Shown: positions 27,878 to 37,464 of the stretch, piece by piece
How the letters are laid out: every line of letters begins with the position of its first letter
How positions within the stretch are numbered: position 1 is the first letter of the stretch
Assembly: GCA_963803565.1 (NCBI GenBank)
Contig: CAWDNA010000002.1
Coordinates: 14,247-78,246 of the forward strand
Reading direction: 5' to 3'
Source of the DNA: an uncultured Solirubrobacteraceae bacterium
GTDB taxonomy: Bacteria; Actinomycetota; Thermoleophilia; Solirubrobacterales; Solirubrobacteraceae
DNA length: 64,000 nucleotides
Position numbers and translations under genes: made by a program
The notes under the pieces: model-generated
Database searches by the model: none
What the model was told of the DNA's origin: nothing
What the model saw: only the letters and a program-made list of their open reading frames with translations

Positions 27878-28530
27878 GGGCGATGCTCGCTAGAAGGATT
27901 GCGCATCACGGCCCGCAACTCGAGCATTTCTCGCTCGAGGCGGGCGACGCGCTCGTGCAGATCGTCACTTGCGGTCATCGGCGTTGGGCCCGCGCCGTCC
28001 ACCTCCTCCCTCTCCTCCTGCTGCTCGAGCAGCTGCGTATAGCGCTCCTCCTTCTGGCCCGGGCGGCGCTCCAGCCGCGCCACCAGCCCGCGCTCGATCA
28101 GCCCGAGCAGCGTCTCGTGCACGCCGGCGAGGTCGGCGAACGCGTGCATGCGCTCGCTGCGCTGCTTGAGCTCGCCCGGAGTCTGTGCGCCGCGCAGGAG
28201 GAGCACGCAGATGATCGCCTGCTCGCCCCCGTCCATCGGCAGGGCCTCGGCGAGCAGATGCCTGTACTTCGGCGCTCGGCTGCCCGCGCCGCTGGCCAGG
28301 CGCGTCAGGCCGCGGCGCTCGAGACGATGCAGCGCGTCGCGGACGGCCGCGTCGTCGTAGCCGACCACCGGGTCCCTGTTGGTGGACTGGTTGCAGGCCA
28401 GGCGCAGAGCGTTGAGGGAGAGCGGGTAGACGTCGGGCGTGGTGCGCTGCTTTTCAAGCAGGCAGCCGAGCACCCTCGCCTCGGGTGCGCTCAGCCCTAC
28501 GCTGCCGGCAGTTGACGGATTCGCGGACAA
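27874..28530 (-). CDS. DUF480 (YceH) family protein
   Basis: EARVLGCLLEKQRTTPDVYPLSLN..ACNQSTNRDPV, LLLRGAQTPGEL. Confidence 0.92.
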   Translation of the reverse strand: MSANPSTAGSVGLSAPEARVLGCLLEKQRTTPDVYPLSLNALRLACNQSTNRDPVVGYDDAAVRDALHRLERRGLTRLASGAGSRAPKYRHLLAEALPMDGGEQAIICVLLLRGAQTPGELKQRSERMHAFADLAGVHETLLGLIERGLVARLERRPGQKEERYTQLLEQQEEREEVDGAGPTPMTASDDLHERVARLEREMLELRAVMRNPSSEHRP

Positions 28531-28553
28531 GGTCGCGATCCCAGCGTACGCGC

Positions 28554-29132
28554 TCAGCCTTCCGCCCGGAAGGCCGTGACCCAATCGGAAGCGATCAGTC
28601 GCTGCGCCCGCGCGAGCGTGATCGCGCGATCGCAGACACGCCGACGCAGCACGTCCTCCAGGCGATCCTTCGGGTTGCGATAGAACGCTTCCGGGCGGGC
28701 GTAGTCGGGCTCCGGCCACAGGTTGCGGGGATCGTTGACGGCGCCGCCGAGCTCGAGCGGCACGAGGTGGTCGTACTCGTAGCTGGACGCGGGGCCGCGC
28801 ATGCCGTAGGCGGCCATGCTGGCGTACTTCTCCGGCTCGGTGACCGACTCGGGCGGCCGCACGGATGATGTCCAGCCCGGACGGCAGATCGTCGAGCCGA
28901 TGCTCGCCTGCGTGACCGCCGGATCGACCGCGCCGGGCGTGCACCGCGGGTCCGGGCGCGAGTAGAGCCCGCTGCCGATCGCCCGGCACGAGCCCGCCGG
29001 GGGCTGGCGCTGCACGACGGCGGGGCTCGCGGTGGAGTCGACCAGGCCGGACGGCGCGGTCCGGGCCGAGCCGGCGAACGCCAGTGCGAGCGACAGTGCC
29101 CACAGCGCAGCGGTGCGTGTGCGAGTCCTCAC
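28554..29132 (-). CDS. Secreted HNH-like domain protein
   Basis: Signal peptide; TPGA..IC; YEYDHLVPLELGG...NLWPE. Confidence 0.8.
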   Translation of the reverse strand: MRTRTRTAALWALSLALAFAGSARTAPSGLVDSTASPAVVQRQPPAGSCRAIGSGLYSRPDPRCTPGAVDPAVTQASIGSTICRPGWTSSVRPPESVTEPEKYASMAAYGMRGPASSYEYDHLVPLELGGAVNDPRNLWPEPDYARPEAFYRNPKDRLEDVLRRRVCDRAITLARAQRLIASDWVTAFRAEG

Positions 29133-29242
29133 GCCACAATCATCCTCGTTAAGCCTTTCTCATCGCTTCTTTCGCGCCTCGTTAGGCGCATGCACGAACC
29201 TGGTTGCTCGTGAGTGCACGCACACCCGGCGAAAGGACGAAG

Positions 29243-29464
29243 ATGGCACGGATCCTGGTTCAAACCAACGACCGCCGCACGGTCCTCGATGAAGGCGATG
29301 TGCAGATCGCCGACATCAACGACCAGGAGTCGGCAGCAGGCCTGCTCGATCGACTCGAACACGCGATCGAGGACGCCGAGAGGCGCCGGCGCCGGCGCAG
29401 CCGGCCCGTCAGGCACCTGGCGGCGATCGTGCCGGTCAGCGACTACCGCGATGTGAGCGCATGA
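29243..29464 (+). CDS. Small hypothetical protein
   Basis: GAAAGGA RBS; coding-like bias. Confidence 0.6.
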   Translation: MARILVQTNDRRTVLDEGDVQIADINDQESAAGLLDRLEHAIEDAERRRRRRSRPVRHLAAIVPVSDYRDVSA

Positions 29465-29524
29465 GCTGGACGCGCCCCCGCGCAGGCCGGGAGGTCCTGA
29501 CCGCCCGTCGATAAAGTCATCTGC

Positions 29525-31390
29525 GTGAGCAGCCAGCCCTTCGCCCAGGGGCGGTCGGGTGGAGGACACCATCTGCCGCCCGCCGAGCTGCGGCCCGAGG
29601 ACGTCCCCGACCGGCCCGTCTCGCTGCGACGGATTGCGCGCCTGTTCATCCCCTATCGGCTGCGGCTGAGCGTTCTGCTCGCCCTGATCTTCGGCAGCTC
29701 GATCCTCAGCGTCATCTCTCCCTTCCTGCTGCGCGAAGTGCTCGATGTGGCGATACCCCAGCACAACGTCGGGCTGCTGTCGGCGCTGGTCGGGGGCATG
29801 ATTGCCCTGTCGGTGATCACGGGCGTCATCGGCGTGGCGCAGACGTTGATCTCGAACCAGGTCGGCCAGCGGGTGATGCACGACCTGCGTGCAGCGGTCT
29901 ACGCGCATCTGCAGCGAATGTCGCTGGCCTTCTTCACGCGCACGCGCTCCGGCGAGGTGCAGTCGCGTATCGCATATGACATCGGCGGCATCGACGACGT
30001 GGTCACGAGCACGGCGACCTCGACCGTCTCGACGGTCACGACCGTCGCCGCGACGGTCGTGGCGATGTTCGCGCTCAGCTGGGTGCTTGCGGTCTTCTCG
30101 CTCGCACTGCTCCCTTTCTTCGTTTGGCTCACACGCCGTGTGGGCAACGAGCGGCGGCGCATCCAGTCGGTGCGCCAGGGCCGCCTGGCGGACATGTCGA
30201 CGCTGGTCGAGGAGTCGCTGTCGGTCTCCGGGATCCTGCTCGGCAAGACCATGGGTCGCTCCCAGGAGCTGGTCGATCGCTTCAGCGGCGAGTCCGGCGA
30301 ACTGGCCGACCTGGAGGTGCGCGCGCGCATGGCCGGGCGGTGGCGCATGGCGACCGTGCAGATGAGCTTCGCGATCATGCCGGCGGCCGTCTACTGGTTC
30401 GCCGGCTACAACATCGCGCAGGGCAACAACGCGATCTCGATCGGAACGGTCGTCGCCTTCACGACGCTGCAGACGCGGCTGCTGTTCCCGATGCAGCAGC
30501 TGCTGTCGGTGGGCCTGGAAGTGCAGACGTCGCTGGCGCTGTTCGGGCGCATCTTCGAGTACCTCGACCTGCCGGTCGACATCGAGGAGCGGCCCAACGC
30601 ACGTTCGCTCACGGGCGTGCGCGGGGACGTGCGGCTCGAGGACGTGTGGTTCCGCTACAGCGGCGACTCGCCGTGGACGCTGGAAGAGATCAGCGTCGAG
30701 GTCCCGGCCGGCTCGCGCACCGCGCTGGTCGGCGAGACGGGCTCGGGCAAGACGACGCTCGCGTATCTGGTCGCGCGCCTGTATGAGCCGGAGCGCGGCC
30801 ACGTGACGATCGACGGAGTGGATATCCGCGACATGACCATGTCCTCGCTCGCGGCGACCGTGGGGATGGTCTCGCAGGAGACCTACCTGTTCCACGCCTC
30901 GATCCGGGAGAACCTGCGCTTCGCCTGCCCGCAGGCGACCGATGAGGAGATCGAAGACGCGGCCCGGGCCGCGCAGATCCACGAGCTGATCTCCTCCCTG
31001 CCCGAAGGCTACGACACGCCGGTGGGCGAGCGCGGGTATCGCTTCTCCGGGGGTGAGAAGCAGCGCATGGCAATCGCCCGGACCGTGCTGCGCAACCCGC
31101 CCGTCCTGATCCTCGACGAGGCGACCTCCTCGCTGGACAACGAGACCGAGCGTGCGGTCCAGCAGGCGCTCGACGACCTCTCGCGCGGTCGGACCACGAT
31201 CGCGATCGCCCATCGGCTCTCGACGATCCGCGACGCCGATCAGATCGTCGTGCTCGACGCCGGGCGGATCGTCGAGCGCGGCACGCACGAGGAGCTCGTG
31301 CAGATGGGCGGACGCTACGCGGCGCTGCTCAGCGGCGCCGCTGTCGCCGAGGACCGCCCCGCGGCCGGATCCGGTGCCGCGCTCGCCTGA
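29525..31390 (+). CDS. ABC exporter, fused TMD-NBD (MsbA/MdlB-like)
   Basis: GETGSGKT, FSGGEKQR, LILDEATS. Confidence 0.95.
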   Translation: MSSQPFAQGRSGGGHHLPPAELRPEDVPDRPVSLRRIARLFIPYRLRLSVLLALIFGSSILSVISPFLLREVLDVAIPQHNVGLLSALVGGMIALSVITGVIGVAQTLISNQVGQRVMHDLRAAVYAHLQRMSLAFFTRTRSGEVQSRIAYDIGGIDDVVTSTATSTVSTVTTVAATVVAMFALSWVLAVFSLALLPFFVWLTRRVGNERRRIQSVRQGRLADMSTLVEESLSVSGILLGKTMGRSQELVDRFSGESGELADLEVRARMAGRWRMATVQMSFAIMPAAVYWFAGYNIAQGNNAISIGTVVAFTTLQTRLLFPMQQLLSVGLEVQTSLALFGRIFEYLDLPVDIEERPNARSLTGVRGDVRLEDVWFRYSGDSPWTLEEISVEVPAGSRTALVGETGSGKTTLAYLVARLYEPERGHVTIDGVDIRDMTMSSLAATVGMVSQETYLFHASIRENLRFACPQATDEEIEDAARAAQIHELISSLPEGYDTPVGERGYRFSGGEKQRMAIARTVLRNPPVLILDEATSSLDNETERAVQQALDDLSRGRTTIAIAHRLSTIRDADQIVVLDAGRIVERGTHEELVQMGGRYAALLSGAAVAEDRPAAGSGAALA

Positions 31391-31421
31391 GGGCCGGCCG
31401 GATCACGCGTCGGCTCGCCTG

Positions 31422-32171
31422 TCAGGCGGTAGCGTCGATGTTCAGGCGCACGTAGTCGACGACCACGGGCTCGCCCAGGCGCGCGAGCACATCGTCCATG
31501 AACTGCTCGCGCAGCGACTCGGGGAGCTGTTGCACGTGCGGGCCGAGCACGATCGTGGCGAGGAACTCCCGCGGGTGCTCCGGCTCGCGGGGCGCCGGCT
31601 GCAGCCAGCAGTCGGCCGCGGCGAAGCCGGCTGCGAGCAGGCGCTCGCGCGTCGGCTCCGCTCCGGCATAGTTCCAGGGCGCCTGCCAACCGGCGAAGTG
31701 CTCCGCGTACGGCGCCCGCGAGCGCACCGCGTTGGCCTCGCCGCGCAGGATGTCGATGTTGCCCTCTCCCCCGCACTGCGCCGCGAGCCGGCCGCCGGCG
31801 CGCAGGGCGCCGTGTAGGCGTCGAAACAGCCGGTCGTGGTCGGAGATCCAATGGAAGGTGGCCGTCGAGAGGATCGCGTCGACGGGCTCGGAGAGCTGGA
31901 GGTCGAGCAGGTCGACGACGCGGAGATCCGCCGCGGGGCCCAGTCGCTCCCTGGCGGCATCGATCATCGAGGCGGACTCGTCCACCGCAATCACCCGCCC
32001 TCGCGGCAGGCGTTCGAGCAGCGCCTGCGTGATGCGTGCCGACCCGCAGCCCGCGTCGAGCACCACCTCATCCCCCTCGAGATCCAGCCGCTCCAGCACG
32101 TCGCGGCCGAGCGCCTCCATCGTCCCGGAGATGCGGTCGTAGCTTGCTCCGTCCCACTCGCGCACTGGCAT
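31422..32171 (-). CDS. SAM methyltransferase (Tam-like)
   Basis: VLDAGCGS, STATFHW, DYVRLNI. Confidence 0.88.
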   Translation of the reverse strand: MPVREWDGASYDRISGTMEALGRDVLERLDLEGDEVVLDAGCGSARITQALLERLPRGRVIAVDESASMIDAARERLGPAADLRVVDLLDLQLSEPVDAILSTATFHWISDHDRLFRRLHGALRAGGRLAAQCGGEGNIDILRGEANAVRSRAPYAEHFAGWQAPWNYAGAEPTRERLLAAGFAAADCWLQPAPREPEHPREFLATIVLGPHVQQLPESLREQFMDDVLARLGEPVVVDYVRLNIDATA

Positions 32172-32185
32172 ACGGCTGTACGTTA

Positions 32186-33028
32186 TCACGGACTAGCTCG
32201 CTCCGCCAGCTCGGCGAGCGCCTTCGAGAGCTGTCCGCCCTGCCAGGCGATCGGCGAGCGCGCGGGCGGCCCCGCGTCCTCGACGAGCAGTCGCGCCTTG
32301 GGTATCGCCTGCGCGTAGCCTTCGGCGACCGCGAGCGGATGCTCGGGATCGGCCTCGTCGCGGCTCCCCACCACGAGCGTCGGAGCCGCGATCGCGGCCA
32401 GCTGCCCCATCTGCTCGAACGGTCGCGAGCGGGGCACGGCCTGCAGGGCGTCGGCCACCGCTTCGGGGTGCTCGTGGGCGGCCATGCGCTGGCGCAGCAC
32501 CTGCTCGGCCGTGGCGCGCCAGGCCGGCGGAATCCTGTCGAGATCGTATGCGCGCACGAACCCGTTGACTCCGCCCGCGCGCAGCGCCGCCGCGAGCGCG
32601 TCCCAGCGGGCGAGCTCGTCGCTCGCGCGCGCCTGCGACGGATCGAACGCGGGCGTGATGATCGCGAGCGCGGCCACCCGCTCGGGGCGCTCGAGGGCGA
32701 AGCGCACAGCCGTGTGTGCCCCCATCGACGCGCCCGCGAGGACCGCCCGCTCGATGCCGCTCGCGTCGAGCACGGCGTGAAGATCGAGGGCGAGGCGCTC
32801 ATAGCCGTAGCCGGTCGACTCCGGCGCCGGCGTGGAGCGGCCGTGCCCCCGGGCGTCATAGGCGAGCACGCGATGGCCCGAGCGCTCGAGCAGGCGGGAG
32901 CCCATGACCACGTAGCGGTGCGTGGCGGTGAGCCCATGCAGCAGCACGATCGGCCGCCCGGCGCCGGCCTCCTCTGCTGCCAGGGTGACGCCGTCGCCGG
33001 CGATGCTCAGCGTCTGGCCGTCAGGCAT
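32186..33028 (-). CDS. Alpha/beta hydrolase
   Basis: LLHG, YDARGHGRS, GASMG. Confidence 0.88.
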   Translation of the reverse strand: MPDGQTLSIAGDGVTLAAEEAGAGRPIVLLHGLTATHRYVVMGSRLLERSGHRVLAYDARGHGRSTPAPESTGYGYERLALDLHAVLDASGIERAVLAGASMGAHTAVRFALERPERVAALAIITPAFDPSQARASDELARWDALAAALRAGGVNGFVRAYDLDRIPPAWRATAEQVLRQRMAAHEHPEAVADALQAVPRSRPFEQMGQLAAIAAPTLVVGSRDEADPEHPLAVAEGYAQAIPKARLLVEDAGPPARSPIAWQGGQLSKALAELAERASP

Positions 33029-33824
33029 GGGTCGCGGCGTGTGCGAGCAGCAGCTCGGCCGAGCGCTGCGGGCGCTCCCAGAAGAAGAGATGGCCGACGC
33101 CGTCGAAGAGCTCGAGCCGCGCGCCGGCGATGTGCCCGGCGACCAGCGGGCCGTTCTGCACCGGGAGGATCTGGTCGAGCGTGCCGTGCATGACCAGCGT
33201 CGGCAGCGTGATCTCGCCGAGGCGGGCCGAGGTGTCGTGCCCCACGACGGCCTTCGCCTGCTCGGCGATGACCCTGAGCGAGACGGCGCGGCGCAGCCCG
33301 ATCTCCAGGAAGCGCGCCCAGGCCTGCTCGTCGGCTGCGAACTCGGGAGAGACGTTCACCTCCCATGAGGAGCGGATTGCCGCTACGCGGTCGTTGGACA
33401 GGCGGATCGCGGCAAATCGCTGCGCGACCTCCGGCGCCATCAGCGCGCTGCCGGGGCCGCCGCAGTATGTGCAGCCGAGCGCGAGCGTGCGCAGGCGGGC
33501 GGGGTGGGCGAGCGCGAGCTCCTGTGCGACCATGCCGCCCATCGAGATGCCGAGGACGTGTGCGGAGTCGATCTCCAGCGCGCCCAGCAGGCCGGCCGCG
33601 TCCTCGGCCATCTGGCGGATCGTGATGGGACCCTCCAGCCGGCTGCTCGCGCCGACGCCGCGATGGTCGTAGACGATCACTTCGAATTCGCCGCGCAGAG
33701 CCTCGAGGAACGGCTCGCCCCAGTGCAGGGCCGTGCCGCTCATCCCCATGATCAGCAGCAGTGGCGGGCCGGAGCCGCTGCGCTCGAAGTCCAGCTCGAC
33801 CTCGCCAACGTCTATCAGGGCCAT
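33021..33824 (-). CDS. Alpha/beta hydrolase
   Basis: DHRGVG, GISMGG, HGTLD, GVGH. Confidence 0.9.
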   Translation of the reverse strand: MALIDVGEVELDFERSGSGPPLLLIMGMSGTALHWGEPFLEALRGEFEVIVYDHRGVGASSRLEGPITIRQMAEDAAGLLGALEIDSAHVLGISMGGMVAQELALAHPARLRTLALGCTYCGGPGSALMAPEVAQRFAAIRLSNDRVAAIRSSWEVNVSPEFAADEQAWARFLEIGLRRAVSLRVIAEQAKAVVGHDTSARLGEITLPTLVMHGTLDQILPVQNGPLVAGHIAGARLELFDGVGHLFFWERPQRSAELLLAHAATHA

Positions 33825-33882
33825 CGCCCGATCGTATACGGGCAGCCACGAGCTGTGAGCGGCGAGCGCCGGCGGTGCGCTG

Positions 33883-35007
33883 CTAGAGCGGCAGCGCGAG
33901 CTGGGCCCTCGAGCGGCTGTCGCTCGCCGTCTGTGCGTTGCTCACGCAGTCCGCAGCGGCGGGTTGCTGGTCTATCGATTGCAGTCCGGCGACCCGCACG
34001 CCGAGCAGGCGCACCGGGCGCGCGGGCGCGTAGTCGCGCAGCAGTCCGATCGCGACCTCGCGCACGAGCCGAGCCTCGCAGGTCGGCTCGGCGACGGTGT
34101 GAGCGCGGGTCACCGTGGTGAAGTCGTCGAGACGCACCTTGATCGCGATCGTGCGCCCCCGACGCCGGTGGGCGGCGAGCCCCGCACACAGCTCGTCGGC
34201 CATCCGGGCGAGCGCGCGGCAGAGATCAGCGGGGTCGCTCAGGTCGGTGTCGAACGTGCGCTCGCGCGACTCGGAGACCACCTTGCGCGCCGCCCCGATC
34301 TCGCCGTCGTGTTCGAAGCGCGCCCGCCGCCCCAGCTCGCGCCCGTGGTTGGCCCCGAAGCGCTCGACCAGCAGCGCCTCGGGGGCGGCCGCGACGGCGG
34401 CGAGCGTCCGCAGCCCGAGCTCCGCCAGACGCCCCTCGGTCTTCGGCCCGATGCCGGGTACCAGCCCCGGCGAGGCGCCGGCAAAGCGCGCACACGCCTG
34501 CTCGCGGGTGAGCACGAGAAACCCGGCGGGCTTCTCCGCGTCGGATGCCACCTTGGCGACGAGCTTGTTCGGCCCGATGCCGACCGAGCAGGTCAGCCCG
34601 GTGCTCGCTCTGATCTCCGTCAGGAGCCGGCGCATGGCCGCGCGCGGCGAGTAGAGCCCCGCGAGGTCCAGGTAGGCCTCGTCGAGACCGACCGTCTCGA
34701 CCGGCTCCACGTGCGAGCGCACGATCTGCATGATCTGCCGGGAGACCGCGCGATAGGTCGCGAAGTCCGGCGCAAGGAACACCGCATCCGGACACAGCCG
34801 CCGCGCACGCGCGGCCGGCATCGCCGAGCCGACGCCGTAGCGCCGTGCCTCGTAGCTGGCGGTCGTCACGACGGCGCGCGGGCCGCCTCCGGCCACCACG
34901 ACCGGCCTGCCGCGCAAGTCGGGACGGCGCAGCAGCTCGACGGAGACATAGAAGGCGTCGGCGTCGAGATGCGCGACCTTCAGCTGGGATTGCTCGGTGG
35001 ACAGCGT
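33883..35007 (-). CDS. dinB: DNA polymerase IV (no canonical start upstream of the first catalytic motif)
   Basis: In-frame HLDADAFYVSVE upstream of the listed ORF; SYEARRYGV, GLDEAYLD, KPAG, RLLGV. Confidence 0.93.
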   Translation of the reverse strand, partial: TLSTEQSQLKVAHLDADAFYVSVELLRRPDLRGRPVVVAGGGPRAVVTTASYEARRYGVGSAMPAARARRLCPDAVFLAPDFATYRAVSRQIMQIVRSHVEPVETVGLDEAYLDLAGLYSPRAAMRRLLTEIRASTGLTCSVGIGPNKLVAKVASDAEKPAGFLVLTREQACARFAGASPGLVPGIGPKTEGRLAELGLRTLAAVAAAPEALLVERFGANHGRELGRRARFEHDGEIGAARKVVSESRERTFDTDLSDPADLCRALARMADELCAGLAAHRRRGRTIAIKVRLDDFTTVTRAHTVAEPTCEARLVREVAIGLLRDYAPARPVRLLGVRVAGLQSIDQQPAAADCVSNAQTASDSRSRAQLALPL

Positions 35008-35016
35008 GCAGCGAAT

Positions 35017-35667
35017 CTAGCGGCGCACGCGGCGGGTGGACAGGTGCCGCGGGCCGTCCTCCGCCAGGCGCGACTGCGGCGCGGCCAGCAGCTCGCGGCG
35101 CGAGGCGACCCCGAGCTTGCGGTAGATGTTGCGTGCGTGCGTGCGCACGGTCTCGACGCTGATGTGCAGCTCGGCGGCTATCTGTGCGTTTGAGCGCCGC
35201 TGCTGGAGTTGGCCCAGCACGTCCGCCTCGCGGGCGGTCAGCAGGCCGGAGCCGTCCCCGAAGGCGCCGTCGGCGCCCGCCGGGGTGAGCTGCAGGCCGC
35301 GCGATGCCAGGTGGATCGCGTTCAGGACATCGCGCGCCTCGGTCGCCTTGGACAGGCAGGCGGTGGCGCCGAAGGCGACCAGCTGCCTGCACTCGATGCT
35401 CGAGTGCAGGCCGGCGAGCAGCAGAATGTGAGTGGCCGGGTGCTCGCCGGAGAGTCCGCGCACGTCGCTCGGACTTCCCAACGCGTCCGTGTCGAGGATC
35501 GCCACCGACGGACGCCGGGCGCGCAGCAGCGCTGCGAGCTGGCCGCGCGGTACGTCAAAGGCAACGAGCTCGAGGCTGGGATCGTCCTCGATCAGGCCAC
35601 GCAGGCCGCGGGCGAGGAGGTCGTCGAAGCGCCCGAGCGCGACGGTGATCGGAGCTTGCTCAACCAT
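35017..35667 (-). CDS. NarL/LuxR-type regulator (degenerate receiver plus HTH)
   Basis: LTAREADVL..SNAQIAAELHISVETVRTHARNIYRKLGV. Confidence 0.9.
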   Translation of the reverse strand: MVEQAPITVALGRFDDLLARGLRGLIEDDPSLELVAFDVPRGQLAALLRARRPSVAILDTDALGSPSDVRGLSGEHPATHILLLAGLHSSIECRQLVAFGATACLSKATEARDVLNAIHLASRGLQLTPAGADGAFGDGSGLLTAREADVLGQLQQRRSNAQIAAELHISVETVRTHARNIYRKLGVASRRELLAAPQSRLAEDGPRHLSTRRVRR

Positions 35668-35749
35668 GGCCGGTACCCATTCTACCCGCCAGGCGGCGCT
35701 ATGGGTGAGTCGAGCATCCCCCCGTCCCTCCCCCTGCGGCTCCCCCCAA

Positions 35750-35769
35750 GATCACCCGTAAGGGGGATC
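35750..35769. promoter_or_regulatory. Imperfect palindrome, candidate LuxR-family operator
   Basis: GATCACCCGTAAGGGGGATC in the divergent intergenic region. Confidence 0.5.
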
Positions 35770-35897
35770 GGCCGCCGGCGCGAAGAGCGGGACGATATGG
35801 GCACACTTATCTTGTTGCTTTTGCGATCGGCTTATCCGAGTCGAGCACCGCGGGGGGCGGCGGAGCAGTATCGCGTGCAACCCAGGGACGGGAGAGG

Positions 35898-37463
35898 ATG
35901 GGGATTCGCAATCACCGACAGTCACGTGGGCGCAGGCCCGGCCGGCCCAGCTCGCGCCGAGCGCGCCGTCCCCGCGCCGGACGGCGCGTGTGGGACGGTC
36001 GGCTCGGTCTCGCGCTGCCGCTGATGCTCGTCCTGGCCGCATTCCTCGCCCCGAGCGGCCAGGCGCATTCCGCCGCCGCCGGCTCTCAGCAGGAAGGCGC
36101 CACCGCCTCCACCAAGGCGACCGAAAAGGCGGAAAGGGTTGCTGAAAGGGCCGCGGCGAAGGAACAGCGGGCGGCCGCCAAGAACGCCGCCAGGGAAGCC
36201 CGGCAGGGCTCCGGCTCGACCCAGCAGGGCTCGGGCTCGAGCAAGAAGCCAAAGGAACGAAAGTCCGCCTCGAAGGAAAGGAAATCGATCCAGCTCTCAA
36301 CTGAACGAGAAGACGGAGCCGTCACCTTCGGATGCAGCGAGGTGACCTACACGTTCCGCCACTTTCCGTCGCTGCTTGGCGATTCGGCGACCGAGAAACT
36401 GACGGTCGATGGCAAGGTCGTCGCGATCGTCAAGGCCACGTTCGCGGGGCCGGAAGGATCGAACACGATCCCGATCGTCGGGCCGCCGGGCCGCTACACG
36501 ATCGACGCGGGTGCGAAATGGAAGCTGTGGGAAGCACCCAAGCAGCCCGGCGAGGCTCCCAACCCGTTCGACGGCGCGTTCGACATCCACAGCAAAGTCG
36601 AATGCCCCGCGACACCGGCGTTCACGATCGAAAAGCTGCAGCAGATCGCCGGCGCGGGCGGCTCCTTTACGACCGCGCCGCTGACCGGAGGCGTGGGTCA
36701 GACCGTCGACTACGAGATCGTCGTGAAGAACACCGGCAACGTGGATCTCACCTTCAGCGAATTCAGCGACCCGCACTGCGAAGCGGGGACGATCTCCGGC
36801 GGCCCCGGGAGCAGCCCGCTGGCCCCCGAAGCCTCGAGCACGTACACCTGCACGCACAAGCTGGACGCAGCAGACGAAGCGCTCGGCTCATACGCGAACA
36901 CCGCGACGGACACGGGCACTCCGCCCGAGGGCGGTGGCGGGGCGATCACGCACACCTCAAACACGGTGATCGTCGAGCTGGTGAGATCGCCGCCGGAAGA
37001 GAAAACGACGCCTCCCCCGTCGAAAACGCCGGGGCCGGCTCCCTCGGGCGCCAACACCTCGGAGGGCGTCGGCACGCTCTCCTCGAGCTCCTCCGCCACG
37101 TCCCTGGGCGACCCGCTGCCGCAGGGCGGCGTGCTCGCGTTCGCCGGTCGGGTACCGTCGCTGCGCGGTCCCCAGGGCTGCGTGCGGCGCACCTTCCTGG
37201 CGAGCGTGAGATCGAATGGCGTCCAGAGCGTCACGTTCTTCCTGGACGGGCGCAGGCTGAAGACGCTCACCGCCAAGAGCGCTCACAAGGACCTGCTCTC
37301 GGTGACGGTCAGCTCCTCCTCGCTGAAGATCGGCGCGCACCGTCTGATCGCGAAGATCACGATGATCCAGCTGGCCTCGGCGGCGAGGGTTCTGCCGGTG
37401 TCGCGCACGCTCACCTTCGTGCGCTGCCGCTCGGCGCTGCTGCCACCCCGCTTCACCGGCTAG
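35898..37463 (+). CDS. Secreted multidomain Ig-like protein (DUF11/DUF7507-like module) ending PRFTG
   Basis: Signal peptide; VGQTVDYEIVVKNTGNV..YANTATDTG; Pro/Ser linker; C-terminal beta domain. Confidence 0.82.
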   Translation: MGIRNHRQSRGRRPGRPSSRRARRPRAGRRVWDGRLGLALPLMLVLAAFLAPSGQAHSAAAGSQQEGATASTKATEKAERVAERAAAKEQRAAAKNAAREARQGSGSTQQGSGSSKKPKERKSASKERKSIQLSTEREDGAVTFGCSEVTYTFRHFPSLLGDSATEKLTVDGKVVAIVKATFAGPEGSNTIPIVGPPGRYTIDAGAKWKLWEAPKQPGEAPNPFDGAFDIHSKVECPATPAFTIEKLQQIAGAGGSFTTAPLTGGVGQTVDYEIVVKNTGNVDLTFSEFSDPHCEAGTISGGPGSSPLAPEASSTYTCTHKLDAADEALGSYANTATDTGTPPEGGGGAITHTSNTVIVELVRSPPEEKTTPPPSKTPGPAPSGANTSEGVGTLSSSSSATSLGDPLPQGGVLAFAGRVPSLRGPQGCVRRTFLASVRSNGVQSVTFFLDGRRLKTLTAKSAHKDLLSVTVSSSSLKIGAHRLIAKITMIQLASAARVLPVSRTLTFVRCRSALLPPRFTG

Positions 37464-37464
37464 C

